DNA of 64,000 bases from Cetorhinus maximus (GCF_964194155.1 NC_135902.1:43338001-43402000); one strand, 5' to 3'. Shown: positions 26,895-40,629, numbered from the stretch's first letter. Made by a program: numbers and translations. Notes: generated by a model not told the origin, from the letters alone.

Positions 26895-27160
26895 TTAAGA
26901 ACATTGGAACAGGAGTAGGCCATTCACCTCTCAGGCCTGCTCCATCATTCAAATAGATTGTAGATGGACTGTACCTCAACTCCATTATTGCCCATCTTTG
27001 CTCCATATTTTTTGCTTAACATCTTCCCTTAACAAAACTCTTTACCAATCATAATCTTCAATTCCAATTGCTTAACATATGCAGCCTTTTCAGGTAAACA
27101 GTTCCAAATATTCACCATCCTTTGTGTGAAAAAGTGCTTCCTGATCCTTGATCACTTAGA
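26895..27160 (-). mobile_element. Old CR1 3' end
   Basis: Reverse complement gives gaatggcctactcctgttcc...ttcttaa, a CR1 3' UTR and tail. Confidence 0.6.
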
Positions 27161-29467
27161 CCTAATTTTAATCAGATCCAGATTCCCTTATCCTTGACCC
27201 TGACCACCTTCCACAACTCCACTAGACATAATCCATTTGAAAGGATTTCTAAATCAGAAAATTATCCTTTTCTAATTTAGGGTTAAAATGATCCATAATA
27301 ATGTACAAATAGCACACTCATTCATTGTTGCATGATCCAAAGATGCATTTATAAAGAAGAGGGATATACACTTTAACATTAAATTTGAAATGTAAAGATA
27401 TATCCCTCTTCAAGAAATAGTTCCTAAGTCACTTATGGTATCATCCGATTAAATGTGCATATGTAATGATAGCCTTAGTTACACATCCCCAAACTAAAAA
27501 AAAGGGAAATCTGAGTGACAAACAACAGGCAACAGATACACATCAATTTGCAAAATGTTTACATTGTTCGAAGATTATTTACCATTTCAGTAGCAGAGAT
27601 CACTGTGTCTAGATTATTTTTGGTGATAAATATGAGTTCCGTGACTACTCGCTCACTGTAATTTTTAGGTACTCGTTGATCATTCTTCAATCAGTATAAC
27701 TGAGGCACTTTTCAGACTCTAACATCTATATTTTACGCTTCGCAAGACAGAATTTGTCCATATTGTACCTATAGCCCTGAGTTATTCACCCCATTACCTC
27801 CTCCCTACTTGCAGGCTTTGACTTGCGTATCAGATTTACCGCATGCCTGAAATTATATGGTACAAAATGTGAAGAGGACTTGTATTTCATATAAACTATG
27901 ATTATAGAGAGAAAACCCAGACTGTGAGTTGAACATTGTGAAATGGAACTGATGATCGTAATGAAAATATATCTTTTGTCGAGATAACTCCAATCCTATG
28001 AAACTCCTCAAATATTCAGTTTTCAGTCACTAAAGCCAGTGCATCATTGAAATTTGAAATAAAACTGTTACCTGGATCTGATGTATACATTTAGTAAAAT
28101 TATTGGGAATCAGTTTTACATATTGACCTTTTACTACTTGTCACATAAATTTGCATTCCAATTTAGCCTTAACTTGGTCATTCACACTTAACAATTCTTA
28201 GTCGCCTAACTTATTAACAGTGCTAGATAACAAAGAAAGAGTAAAATGTGTTCCTACCTTTAAAAGCAGCTCCCTCTCTAAATTCCAGATTAACTGTGAG
28301 GAGGCAGTGAAATAGTTTTGCTTAAAAAAAAAAGTACATTTGTACAACAGTACACCTGGAGAGTTGTTGGCAGAGTCCTAAATGCACTGTAAGGATTAGT
28401 ACCCTTTGTAGCTCATTATGAAAAAAAAACTGTGAAACAGCTTTTAGGTTAAACATTGACACCTCCCCAAGGAGGCTGTCTCTCAAACCCTGGCTTGAGG
28501 GTTCTGCTTGATAAACTGTGAGCTTGCATTACATAAATACATGCTGCTAGGTTGTTTTTTTTCAGGGTTTTTTCTTTTAAATAATAGTCCGTGAAAGCAT
28601 GTAACTCTTGTTTCAGTATAGAATTTCAATTACTTGTAATGTTTAGTCTTTGTACCAGTGCCACTTATCAGGACATACAAGTTGCATAAATATTTGCTGA
28701 TAATAATCTGAACCAGTCAATTGAAGATAAGCATCTAGTCAAGACACTGACTGAGAACAAAGACTAAACTTGATGCATTTAAACATTTACCAGCTTGTCC
28801 AAAATGGCTTTTGGCATAGGCAATGGCAACCCAATTCATGTTTCGATGAGCTGGATGATTGCAAGTATTATTATGCTGTTAATGACATGCAACTTGAATC
28901 TCATCAAAAGCTATTGTGCATTCCTTGGAACGCTACAAAGCTGTTGAAATTATTGCTGATAACAGATTGAAGGTTTTCTGCGTTTAAACCCTGGGAAAAT
29001 TCAGTCTGTATTTTTTCCAATGAAAGGTTGATTCAGAAGGGAAAGTTATCCTATTACAAAGAACAGAACAGAAATCAAACTATCCTTAAGGCGGTTAATG
29101 TCCTTATCATTAATGATATGAACATTTTTAGGTGTCTAACAGAAGAAAATGGTTGAACTACAGATTAATAATCATAAACAACATGTGTTTATAACAATCA
29201 TCAGTTGCAGATTTGTTTTTTGAGGGCAAAGCATACCAGGTACTTGCTTTCTTGTCATACATAAAGAAAGTAAGACTTGCATTTATTTAGCTCCTTCCAC
29301 AACCACAGCCACTGTAGTATTTTTGAATTATAGTTAGTGTTGTAATTTGCGCTCAGCAAACTCCCACAGATAGTCCTACTCCAGAAAATTGAAATAAGAA
29401 CCTGGGCTGACAATTCCAGTGCAGGACTGAGCAAATGCTGCACTTTTTAAAGGTGCCATTTTTAAAA

Positions 29468-29590
29468 CTCATTCATGGGATGTGGGCGCCGCTGTTAAGG
29501 CTAGAATTTTTTGGCCATCCTGGCGGTCAGCCGCTGCCTTGAGCCACTGCAATCCGTGCTCTCTCTCAGTGTTGTTAGAAGGGAGTGCCA
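29468..29590 (-). mobile_element. CR1 family A 3' tail fragment
   Basis: tcattcatgggatgtgggc...gattttggcccagcgaca, as at 6762 and 40630. Confidence 0.6.
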
Positions 29591-30540
29591 AGATTTTGGC
29601 CCAGCGACAAGGATGGTGTGCGTCAATCAGTGGTAATTTTTTTCTGAGGCTAGGCATTAAAATCAGCTGGACCTCCCACTGCTGCTCATCAATTAGTCTG
29701 GCTGTTCTGTTTTCCCACCCGCGAGTTATAATTCCCCAAAGGTATTAATATCAATAAAGGAGTACTTCCTGATGTGGCGTGGAGGCAAGAATCGTTCATA
29801 ACCTGTTTGTCTTTGCAAAAACAACATTCTTTGTAATACATCTACTGTACAAAGTAGATGTTAGATTTGCATGCAATTGAAGCCTAACCTAACCTCCTTC
29901 CTACTGTGGATGGACAATTAGAAGCAATTTAAACCCAATGTGAGGCATGAACAAGTAAGGCAAGAACAAACGACAAAACAGCTGAAATCATTTTACTTGC
30001 TTTCATACAAAAAAATCCCATTCAAACCGCTTTTAATCTTAATTTTCATTGGTATCTTCGATGAAATGAGGCAGAAGAATGAGATGGATATGTGACAGCA
30101 GAAGCAACTGGTGCTCATTTACCTGCCTACTGATTTCTGAAATTCATTCAATGTAAGCAGGCGGTTTTATAAACTAACAGGGAAATCTCAAGCAAATCCT
30201 GACAAACCCGACATTTATTTTCTCGCCTGAAATGATGCATCAGGCATAACCTACCAGTGCAACATTGCAACCGCAAATTTGCATTTGCTGTTCGTATGCT
30301 GCTGGTTCAAAGAATAGTACAAAGGTTAGGCATTTGATCTTACTTCCACCTTTGCATACTGAACTAGAAGTCAGCTGTGAGTCACAAGGCTTGTATCAGA
30401 AAATTTAATGTGATCTCTGCAAAAAATATAATCGACACGAGCATTGAATTGCCAGTGTTCTGTCATTAACATTTCACAACATTGAACAATGACAAATGAG
30501 AATGCCTTTTAGGAGATATTGAGTTACCACAGTGTCATCA

Positions 30541-31000
30541 AACAACAACAGCAGCAACAACAACTTGCATTTATATAGCACGTTTAATGCAGTCCCAAGG
30601 AAACATTGTCAAACAAAATGTGACAGTGACCCACATAAGGAGGTAATAGCCCAAATGATCAAAAGTTTGATAGAAGGGGTAGGTTCTAAGGAGCGTCGTA
30701 AATGATGAGAGAGTGGTAGAAAGGCAGTGAGGTTTAGGGAGGGAATTCCAGAGCTTAGTCAGCTGAAGGCACAGCCACAAATGGATAACGAAAATAAGGA
30801 ATTCACAGGGGGCGGGTGGGGGGGTGCACCAGAATTGTAGGCGGATAGAGATTGCAGGAGGTTGTACAGCTGGTTGGGGGACTCCAGAGAGAGAGTGGGT
30901 GGAGACAAGGACAGATTTAAAAATGAGGATGAAGATTGTGAAATCAAGGTGTTGCTGGACTGGGAACCAACATAGGCCCAGTGAACAAAGAGGTGACAGA
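30541..31000 (-). mobile_element. L2 LINE 3' end with (TTG)n tail
   Basis: KLWNSLPK motif and gctatataaatgcaagttgttgttg terminus on the minus strand. Confidence 0.75.
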
Positions 31001-32064
31001 CGGAAACATAATGTATTTTTTTTTCTTTTTAAAATGGCAGAAACTAATAAAGAATTAAACCATAAAACAAAGGACCCTTAAAAACTTAGAATAATATTAT
31101 CACACTTGTCCAATACACACTGCATGTGAGATTGCCCTGACTGAGATTTATAGCAGTTAATAGCATAGGAAGGCCAGGAGTAATTCTGTACTTCTGAGCT
31201 TGTCAGAACTGGTTCAAACTCACTCTTGCACTGTGTTATAGTGGCTTTAGGAAAGAACAGACTGAGAAGCTGTCCCATTATCTGAAGCCCTTTGCATGAC
31301 CTTCTAATTTACTGAACAAGTCACTTTGTTTAAGTTCTCAAGATACGCTCCCTGGAAAATAAGTGAACGTTCAGTGTGCTTTGCTGCAGAGTTAAATGCT
31401 GCCTGTGCTCGGGAACAGGTTAACAGTCGCTCTGCACCAAAAAGAGAAAGTTACATCAAAATGGAAGAATGGAGAAATATATAGCATGTCACCAGCCTGC
31501 AACTGAAATACTGTAAACCTGCCTCTTTAATTTGGAGCATTCTATAACAGTTTGGAGCTTGAATTCAGTGATTGTGCAGGGGTTAGAGCTGCTGTGGGCA
31601 GTGTAAGTGGACAGACTGGGAGCAAGCTACGCACGCACAGTTCTGCATTTTTAAGTTCTTTGGGCCCAGCCGCCTGTGCATGAGGGAAACTGGTGTGAAA
31701 ACCTGGGTCATGTGACTGGGAGCAGCGCATGATTGCAGACAAGTGGTCCAGAAAGGGGACAGGGAGAGGGGACATGAAGGGGTCCTAAAAGAAGAGACCC
31801 AAACAGAGGACAGGGACCAGAAGAGATCTCAGTCAAATAAAGTTAAAAAGAGAGGAGCCGAGAAAAAGGCTTCAAACAGGAAAAGGGCTGCGGTTAGTAG
31901 ATTTTAACTGAAGAGGGCTCAGGCAAAGCCCTGGCAATCAGATGGCTCAGGAGATGTCCTGAAGATCCAAGAAGGCAGCAGAAGACTGCTGGGGCAAAGG
32001 TACCCCTTTTATAGTGTTCTGCTCAGCGGGGCTAGAGAGCTGAAGTTGTGCTTGTCATTGCACA

Positions 32065-35000
32065 CCTTCCTTTCTAGTGATGTCATGCTGCTATCCCTTA
32101 AAGGCATATTACAACATCCCCCTTTCCTTTTAAAGATACTTTGCCCCCCCACCCCACTCTTCTAATGGAGTATAACTATTTACAATACATGTTCATGTTT
32201 AGTTACCATTACATAAGTGTAAAGGACTGGTGAATCTATGAGGCTGTAAAACAAAGAGGTAATCTACTGATACACCCAGATCTTGTAATAGTAACCTTGT
32301 CGAGAGGCATCTGTGATTGCTCACACTGATTTGTTGGATTGTCATTCTTGGATGTTGTTCCTGGTTTCATTTTGGATCTTGCCCTTGATGAAATAGGACC
32401 ACACAGTGGTGGAGGGATTGGAATGGATCCGATTTGTCCCCAGTTATGCCTCATTATTGCGCCTCTGTATGTAATGACTTCATAGGATCTTGATCCTGAA
32501 CAAATCCTTGTCACCTCAGATGGTTGTGACATACCTTCTGTGGGATCCTGGATGTGAATTTGTCCCAGCTGTAAACTTGGCAATTCTGCATCTTTATCAT
32601 GCACATTGGCCACCTTCTCTTGTAGTTTTGAAAGTTGCTCTCTAGTTTCTTAGAGAGTAGAATGGGTAAGAGTAGGTCAATTGGTACACACTGGTCTGCC
32701 AAACATGAGCTCTGCCAGTGATGGAATAGTTGCACTTAAAGTTGTTGGTCTCAGGTGTAACATTGCAATGTGTAGGTCTTGCTTGGTCTTTCTACATTTG
32801 GGAATTAGGGATTTCACCATGCAAAGTATTCGTTCAGCTAGACCATTAGATCTAGGAGAAGGAGTAGTGTGATCACTATTCCATTTCTCACACATATCCT
32901 GAAATGGCTGACCAATAAATTGTGCACCGTTATCCATAATGATCTCTCTAGGCACACCAAATAAACTGAAAATAGCACTTAGTGTGGTAATAGTTATGCT
33001 TGATTATTGTGCAATTTTTGAATAATGGGGTACTTTGTAGAGTAGTCGATGATGACGATGAAGTCAATGCCATGGACATGAAAGAGGTCGGATGCGATTT
33101 TGGACCAAGGATGGGTAGGAACCTTTTGCGGAATCAATGGTTCTTTGTGCTGACTTGGCATATGTCCTTGACATGCATCACACTTCTTGATGACAATTTC
33201 AATATCATTATTCAAGCACGGCCAATAGACTACCTATTTGCAAGTCTTCTCATCTGATCTATGCCCATATGTGAGTGAGTGATGTTTTCCATGAGCTTGA
33301 TGGTGTGACACCTGTGTTAGCTGCTCTCCATCTCATCATGCACATCATCATCATACTCTGGTTTGTCAATCACCTCATGTAAATGCTTCTGGTAGGGTAC
33401 CATGCGGTCATTCTTATTGCTGAAAGGTATCCGTTGTGCAGGGTTTATTTGGATCAGTGCACAGATCTTTGAAGCTGCATCAAACTTTGCTCTAGTGCAC
33501 TGCCTCTACCAATGGCCCTTTCTGCCACATGCTTTGCAGAATTGCTGGAAAACTGGACATTTCTCTGGTGCATGCAGAAGGCCACACCTTCCACTTGTCT
33601 TGCTAGGTTAGAGTGTTCGAGTGAATACGTCAACAATTGGGGTTCTGCCTAGGAGCTGTAATGTTCCTCAGTCTGAGGATCGCTTCATATTTGCATCTAT
33701 CCCTGAGTAGCTCTTTGATGCTATACATGTTGAGCTTGTCTAGCAGATCTTTCCGGAATGCTTCCATGGGATTGGATGTGATCACCAGCTCAACAATTCT
33801 GTCTGCTAGTTCTGCATTCAAAAAGTCACAGTACGTACCTTTTCTCTGTTTCTGCTGACAAAGTGGTCTACGAAGCCTGTTGTTGAAATGACATGAACTC
33901 TGGTCACCGAATATGGAAGTTTTAACCTGATTCTGAGCCAATGTAGTCCATATTTTTTAGGGATTCTTTAGCTCTTCTGCTGTTAATCCTGATGTGTTCA
34001 GTCTGTGTAGACCTTCATTGCCAATTACTAGTGTCATGACAGTGGATCACAACCCAAATTACTTTTGGGCATATGGAATGTTTTGAGGAAGTCGTGTTTT
34101 TTTTATAAAGAACATAGAAGCAAAAGCTGGCTGAGACTGTAAAGTAACCACTTTCTGGAAAATTCCTATGTGGATTATACTTGACTGACTAGTCCAGAGA
34201 GACCCTGGAATGTCACACCTAAAAAGGTGTCAAAGCCCACTTCAGTCAGAGGCACTTGAAAGGGAGAGATGCAATGCAAAAGACTGAACTTTAATCTCCT
34301 GTGGCTGTAGAGACAATGGAGACCGATTACCATCTCAGCAGAAACCACCTCCTGTTCAGTTATGTCTCAGAATGTAGACATGATCTGAGTTGAAAGGAAA
34401 ACAGATTCTGGGCAAAAGACATGTTTGTTTTTTCCCTTCCAGGAATACACAAGAAAAGGGGTTAAAAAGCCAGCCGCAAACCTGATCCATGTGTTCTAAT
34501 TCTGGTGTTCTAGTGTGTGCTGTGAAGGTCACAGTAGAAGAAAAGTAACTAGACATCCCTGCAACTTGCAGGTAAAAGTCTCTATATATATCTCTCTCTC
34601 TCACTCTCTGGCTGGAGGCAAGTCAGCAAAGCCACAGCTGAAAAGGAAACAGGACAACTCCTTCAGCTAACCTGCAGAACCAAGTGTCTCTGAACCAACT
34701 GCTCAACTGTCAAAGTTAACTCTACTGGAATCACCCAACTTAATGGCCACAACATTTCACCATCTACTCCTCATAGACAAACCAAGACTGATTCGTATAC
34801 CATTTTTTAAACTTTTATTTTTGGACTCACCTTTTCAAATCTGATCTGTGTGTGTGTGGGTGTTGAGTTTTTATTATTTTTTTCCTCGAGTTTTAGTAAC
34901 TGATAAACTTACTCTTTCTTTGACTCAAGAAAGCCTGGTTAAATTGGCTCCTTCTAAAACATAAATACATTTGGACTGGAGAAAGGTATCCATGAGGGAA

Positions 35001-35972
35001 GGGATCCTTTTTAAATTAACCTTGTTGTGACCAACCAAGGGGGTTGAATACGGAAGGGGGGGGGGGCAGCTCATTCCTCCTCGCCCGGGAGCATAACTAA
35101 ATTGGGGCCCCGTTCAAGAAGTTAACATTTTGGGGTATCTCGTCCAGGATCTTAGCAAATTGGAGGATCTTGCCCAGGGACCGGTTGTAACACTAGGCAA
35201 ATTTTTATGTCTGTCTTGTCTGGTTCAGATATACCGGAATCAAGAAACCATAGCTCTCTACGTTGTTTAAACATTCTGAATTCAGATAGTAGGTCAGCTG
35301 CATCCCAATTCAAACTGGGGAATTTCATGGACATTTTGACAATATCCCTTTGACCTTCCTTCTCTTATTATACCTGGGATGAGTGTCGCTGTGCCTGTTT
35401 TCACGCACTTTTCCGAAGCTCCATTCATTATAATCACAACCCTCTCTGGCCCAATTTTTGGGATCATTTTTTTGTTCGTTTGTTTGACTGTCCCTCGCTC
35501 GCTATCGATCCAGCCCACACCCTGGTCACTCACTTTTCCCAATTTAAGATAACCCAGTGCTGATCCTCTCAGTGCACTGTCCTGCTCACCACAAGGGATC
35601 AATCTGCTTACCAGCTCTTTCCTTGAGCACTATTCCGGCACTGTGTCTTCAAAGCTTTTCTGACCAGTCACCACGCTACAATTTCAACACTCTCCAATGC
35701 TGCAGCTTCATTGCAGTCTGACCAAAATGTCGAGAGTCGTCTCATGCCATGTAGCATGATCTTAATGGCTCATAAGGGATTGTACAAACACAATATGGGC
35801 TCATTTATTAATTCTAGACACGTGAACATATGTACATGGATAGAAAGCTTAAGGGCATCAGAGCTTCAGGGCTGTGTGTCTGTTCCAGGCTGAAGTGAAA
35901 TAGGCTGGATCACACAACATACTTCACTTAAAGCGATAGCGTGCTACTATCTCTTAAAGGCATATTACAACA
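32065..35972 (-). mobile_element. Internally deleted Gypsy element (5' LTR 35750-35972, gag with CCHC, integrase, PPT, truncated 3' LTR)
   Basis: Both LTRs start TGTTGTAATATGCCTTTAAG on the minus strand (35972 and 32116). PPT AAAAGGAAAGGGGGA precedes the 3' LTR. gag FPSLNWDAADL, zinc knuckle CKACGRKGHW, IN HSHMG...CDAC...PWSKIASDLF...IIMDNGAQF...SNGLAER. No PR/RT/RH motifs found between gag and IN. Confidence 0.88.
34032..35192 (+). mobile_element. Solo LTR (1161 bp) inserted in gag of the Gypsy element
   Basis: TGTCATGAC...GTTGTAACA termini, perfect 4-bp TSD CTAG (34028-34031, 35193-35196). The gag frame continues across it (KICL|VIGNEGLHRL). Confidence 0.9.
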
Positions 35973-37732
35973 CCACCTGCTGCTTCCATTTCCACCATTG
36001 GGACCCACACGGCTCTTATTAAATTCTGCCCTCTGAAATGAATTCAACAAGATTTGATGTAAATCATATTGACTATGAAGACACAGGGGAATCTTTTGGA
36101 GCAGAAAATCTCTTATGCAATAACATTGTTATTGTGGTTGAAGAACTTGCTGAGTAAAAGATTAACAGTACATAACACGCACAGTGAACATAGTGACTTC
36201 ATTGTTGCAGTCCAAAAACTTATAAAGTTCAAAGTCTAAAAGTCTTTGAAATTAAGGAACAACGAATAAGAACTCTTTGCAGGATGATTAATTCATTAAA
36301 AAAAAGTTGCCTGTCTCAGAATTTTGATTGTAGAGAATGCTTGCTCAAACATAGTTTTCACTAGATTATTTTATATTGATATTGTACCAAAGACATATGT
36401 TTATAAATTCTGCCTGTTTCTTATTCATCAGCTATTTGAGAATTTAGGCTACTCTTCTGCCTTCCATGCAAAGCTGAAATTTTTTGTAATGAAAACAGGA
36501 AATGATGGAAATGCACCAAAGTACTGTCAGCATTTAAGTAAAGATAGGCTCCAGTGTTACTGCTGCAGACCAGTCATCTGAACAAGTTGCAGTCATCAAT
36601 GTTGTTATACTTCTCTGCTAATAGCATAGGGTGGTAATTCAAGTCATTAATGGAATGAAATTGTTAATAGAGAGCAATGTATAGCTCTATTCTATACTTC
36701 AAATATTTTATATATTCGATCCAATGTATAAATAGGTCTGATTAAAAATTACCATAAGTGATAAGTAAATCTGATAATACAGTATGGACTTTAAATTATC
36801 TCTATTCTCTAATTGGTGTTGGAAGTCATTAATATGACAATTCTTTCATCAGCCCAATTTTGCTGAGCACTGATCTTATCTTGCCTTGCTAGCAGTATCT
36901 GTTGCCAAGCCAGAGAATCACCTGCAATGGCTTCTCCTCCTGCTCCCACACACAGTTACCTCTGGTGTCTCGCAAGGCTCTATCCTTGTCCCCTACTATT
37001 TCTCATCTGCATGATGTCTCTCAGTGACATCACTCAAAAACACTTCAACAATTTTCACATCTACGCTGACGATGGCCAACTCAGTCTCACGATCACCTCT
37101 CTTGACTCTTCTACTGTTTCTAAATGGTCACAGGCTGCTTGTCAGACATCTAATTCTGGGTGAGCAGAAACGCTCTCTAAGTATTGGGAAAAACAAAGCT
37201 ATGGTCTTCAGTCCTTTCACAAATTCCATTCCCTAGCCCATGACTCTATCCTTGTCCCTATCAACTATCTGAGGCTAAACCAGACAGTTTACAACCTTGA
37301 TGTCATATTTGACCCTGAGGTGAGCTTCAGACCACATATCCACGTCATTCTGAAGGCCACCTATTTCCACCTCAGTAACATTGCTTGACTCTGTCTCTGA
37401 CTCAGCTCAGCTCATCCATGCCACTTGACTTTTCCAATGCCTCCTGTGTTCTACTTTCTGTAAACTTGAGGTTACCCAAACCTCTGCTGTTGATGTCTTA
37501 ACCCACACCAGGCCCTGTTCACCCATTACCACTGTACTCACTGACCTACAATGGCTCCCAGGTAAGCAATGCCTCCATTTTATAATTCTCGTCTTTGTTT
37601 TCAAATCCATCCATGGCCTCAACCCTCCCTATCTTGTAATCTCCTCCAGTCCTACAAACCACAGAGATATCTGTGCTCCTCTAATTCTGCTCTCTTGCGC
37701 ATCCCCAATTTTAATTGCACCACCATTATTTT

Positions 37733-40490
37733 AAATTTGTTCACGGGATGTGGGCTTCACTGGCTGGGCCAGCATTTATTGCCCATCCCTAGTTGTCCTT
37801 GAGAAGGTGGTAGAGAGCTGACTTCTTGAACCACTGCAGTGTGGTGTAGGTACACCTACAGTGCTGTTAGGAAGGGAGTTCCAAGATTTTGATCCAGCTA
37901 CAGTGGAGGAACGATGATATATTTCCAAGCCAGAATGGTGAGTGACTTGGAGGAGAACTTCCAGGTGGTGATGTTCCCATCTATCTGCTGCCCTTGTGCT
38001 TCTAGATGGTAGTGGCCGTGGGTTTGGAAGATGCTGTCTAAGGAGCCTTGGTGAATTCCTGCAGTGCATCTTCTTGTAGATGGTACATACTGCTGCTACT
38101 GCGCGTCGGTGGTGGAGGGAGTGAATGTTTGTGGATGTGGTGCCAATCAAGTGGGCTGTTTTGTCCTGGATGGTGTCAAGCTTCTTCAATGTTGTGAGAG
38201 CTGCACTCATCCAGGCAAGTGGGGAGTATTCCATCACACTCCTGACTTGTGCCTTGTAGGTGGTGGACAGGCGTTGGGAGTCAGGAGGTGAGTTACTCGT
38301 TGCAGGATTCCTAGCCTCTGACCTGCTCTTGTAGCCACAGTATTGTTATGATGAGTCCAGTTCAGTTTCTGGTCAATGGTAACACCCCAGGATGTTGATA
38401 GTGGGGGATTCAGTGAAGGTAATGCCATTGAACATCATGGGGCAATGGTTAGATTCTCTCTTGTTCAAGATGGTCATTGCCTGGCACTTGTGTGGCACAA
38501 ATGTTACTTGCTACTTGTCAGCCCAAGCCTGGATATTGTCCAGGTCTTGCAGCATTTGGACGTGGACTGCTTCAGTATCTGAGGATTCACAAATGGTGCT
38601 GAACATTGTGTAATCATCAATGAACATTCCCAATTCTGATGGAAGGAAGATCATTGATGAAGCAGCTGAAGATGGCTGAGCCAAGGACACTACCCTCAGG
38701 AATTCCTGCAGTGATGCCCTGGGACTGAGATGACTGACCTCCAACAAACACAACCATCTTCCTTTGTGCTAGGTATGACTCCAACCAGTGGAGAGTTTCC
38801 CCCCTGATTTTCATTGACTGAAACTTTGCTAGGGCTCCTTGATGCCACACTCGGTCAAATTCAGCTTTGATTGTCAAGGACAGTCACTCTCACCTCACCT
38901 CGGGAGTTCAACTCTTTTGTCCATGTTTGAACCAAGGCTGTAATGAGGTCAGGAGCTGAGTGGCCCTGGTGGAACCTAAATTGTGCGTCAGTGAGCAGGT
39001 TATTGCTAAGCAGGTGCCACGTGATAGCACTGTTGATGACCCCTTCCATCACTTTGCTGCTGATGGAGAGTAGACTGATGAGGCGGTAATTGGCCGGGTT
39101 GGATTTGTCCTGCTTTTTGTGTACAGGACATACCTGGGCAATTCTCCACAGGCAAGTAGATGCCAGTGTTGTAGCTGTACTCGAGCAGCTTGGCTAGGGG
39201 CGCAGTAAGTTCTGGGGCACAAGTCTTCAGTACTATTGCCGGAATATTGTCAGGGCCCATAGCCTTCACATTATCTGGTGACTTCAGCTGTTTCTTGATA
39301 TCACGTGGAGTGAATCGAATTGGCTGAAGACTAGCATCTGTGATGCTGGGGACCTCTGGAGGAGGCCAAGATGGATCACCCACTTGGCACTTCTGGCTGA
39401 AGATTGTAGCAAATGCTTCAGCCTTATCTGTTGCACAGTGGTAGTGCACACAACATGATGGAGGGTATCCTCAATGTGAAGTTGGGACTTTGTCTCCACA
39501 AGGACTATGCGGTGCTCACTCCTACCGATACTGTCATGGGCCGATGCATCTGTGGCAGGAAGGTTGGTGAGGATGAGGTCAAGTACGTTTTTGCCTCTTG
39601 TTGGTTCCCTCGCCACCTGCCACAGAGCCAGCCTAGCAGCTATGCCCTTTATGGCTCGACCAGCTTTGTCTATAGTGGCACTACTGAGCCATTCTTGGTG
39701 GTGGGCATTGAAGTCCCCCACCCAAAGCACATTCTGTGCCCTTGGCACCCTCAATGCTTCCTCCAAGTGAAGTACTGGTTCATCAGCTGAGGGATGGCGG
39801 TACGTGGTAATCAACAGGAGGTTGCCCATGTTTGACCTGATACCATGAGACTTCATGGGGTCCGGACTTAATGTTGAGGACTCCCAGGGAAACTCCCTCC
39901 CGACTGTATACTACTGTGCTGCCACCTCTGCTGGGTCTGTCCTGCCGGTGGGATAAGACATACCCAGGGATGGTGATGGCGGTGCATGGGACATTATCTG
40001 TAAGATATGTTTCTGTGAGGATGACTATGTCAGGCTGTTGCTTGACTAGTCTGTGAGACAGCTCTCCCAATTTTGGTACTAGCCTTCAGATGTTGGTAAG
40101 GAGGACTTTGCAGGGTCGACAGGGGGGCTGAGTTTGCCATTGTCATTTCTGGTGGCTAAGTCGATGCCGGGTGCTCCACCCGGTTTCATTCATTTTTGGA
40201 GACTTTGTAGTAGTTTGATACAAATGAGTGGCTTGCTAGGCCATTTCAGAAGATTAAACCACATTGCTGTGGATCTTGAGTCACATATAGGCCAGACAAG
40301 GTAAGGACAACAGATTTCCTTCCCCAAAGGACATTAGTGAAACAGATGGGTTTTTACAAAAATCGATAATGGTTTCATGGTCATAATTCGAGATTTTTAT
40401 TGAATTCAAATTCCACCATCCACCAGGGCAGGATTCAAACCCAGGCCCCTAGAGCATTACCCTGGGTTTCTGGATTACTTACTAGTCCAG
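37733..40490 (-). mobile_element. Near full-length CR1-clade LINE family A (tRNA-like 5' head, EN, internal deletion, RT, 3' UTR)
   Basis: EN QPDIVILTETYL, WVGDFNAHH, LDLILTNLP. RT KAMGPDNIP, QFRFHQGHS, FDRVWHQG, GIPEGSVLGSAIFSCFINDL, MFIDD. Frameshifted. Confidence 0.92.
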
Positions 40491-40629
40491 CCATTGCATC
40501 CCCTCTATAGTCCCTCAGCTCTGCAATTCCGCCTCCCCCCCCATCCCCCCCCCCCACCACCCCACAGACCTCTCCATCTCTCTATCCCTCATTCCTCTAT
40601 TGAGATGCTCCTTAAAGCTATCTTGTTTT

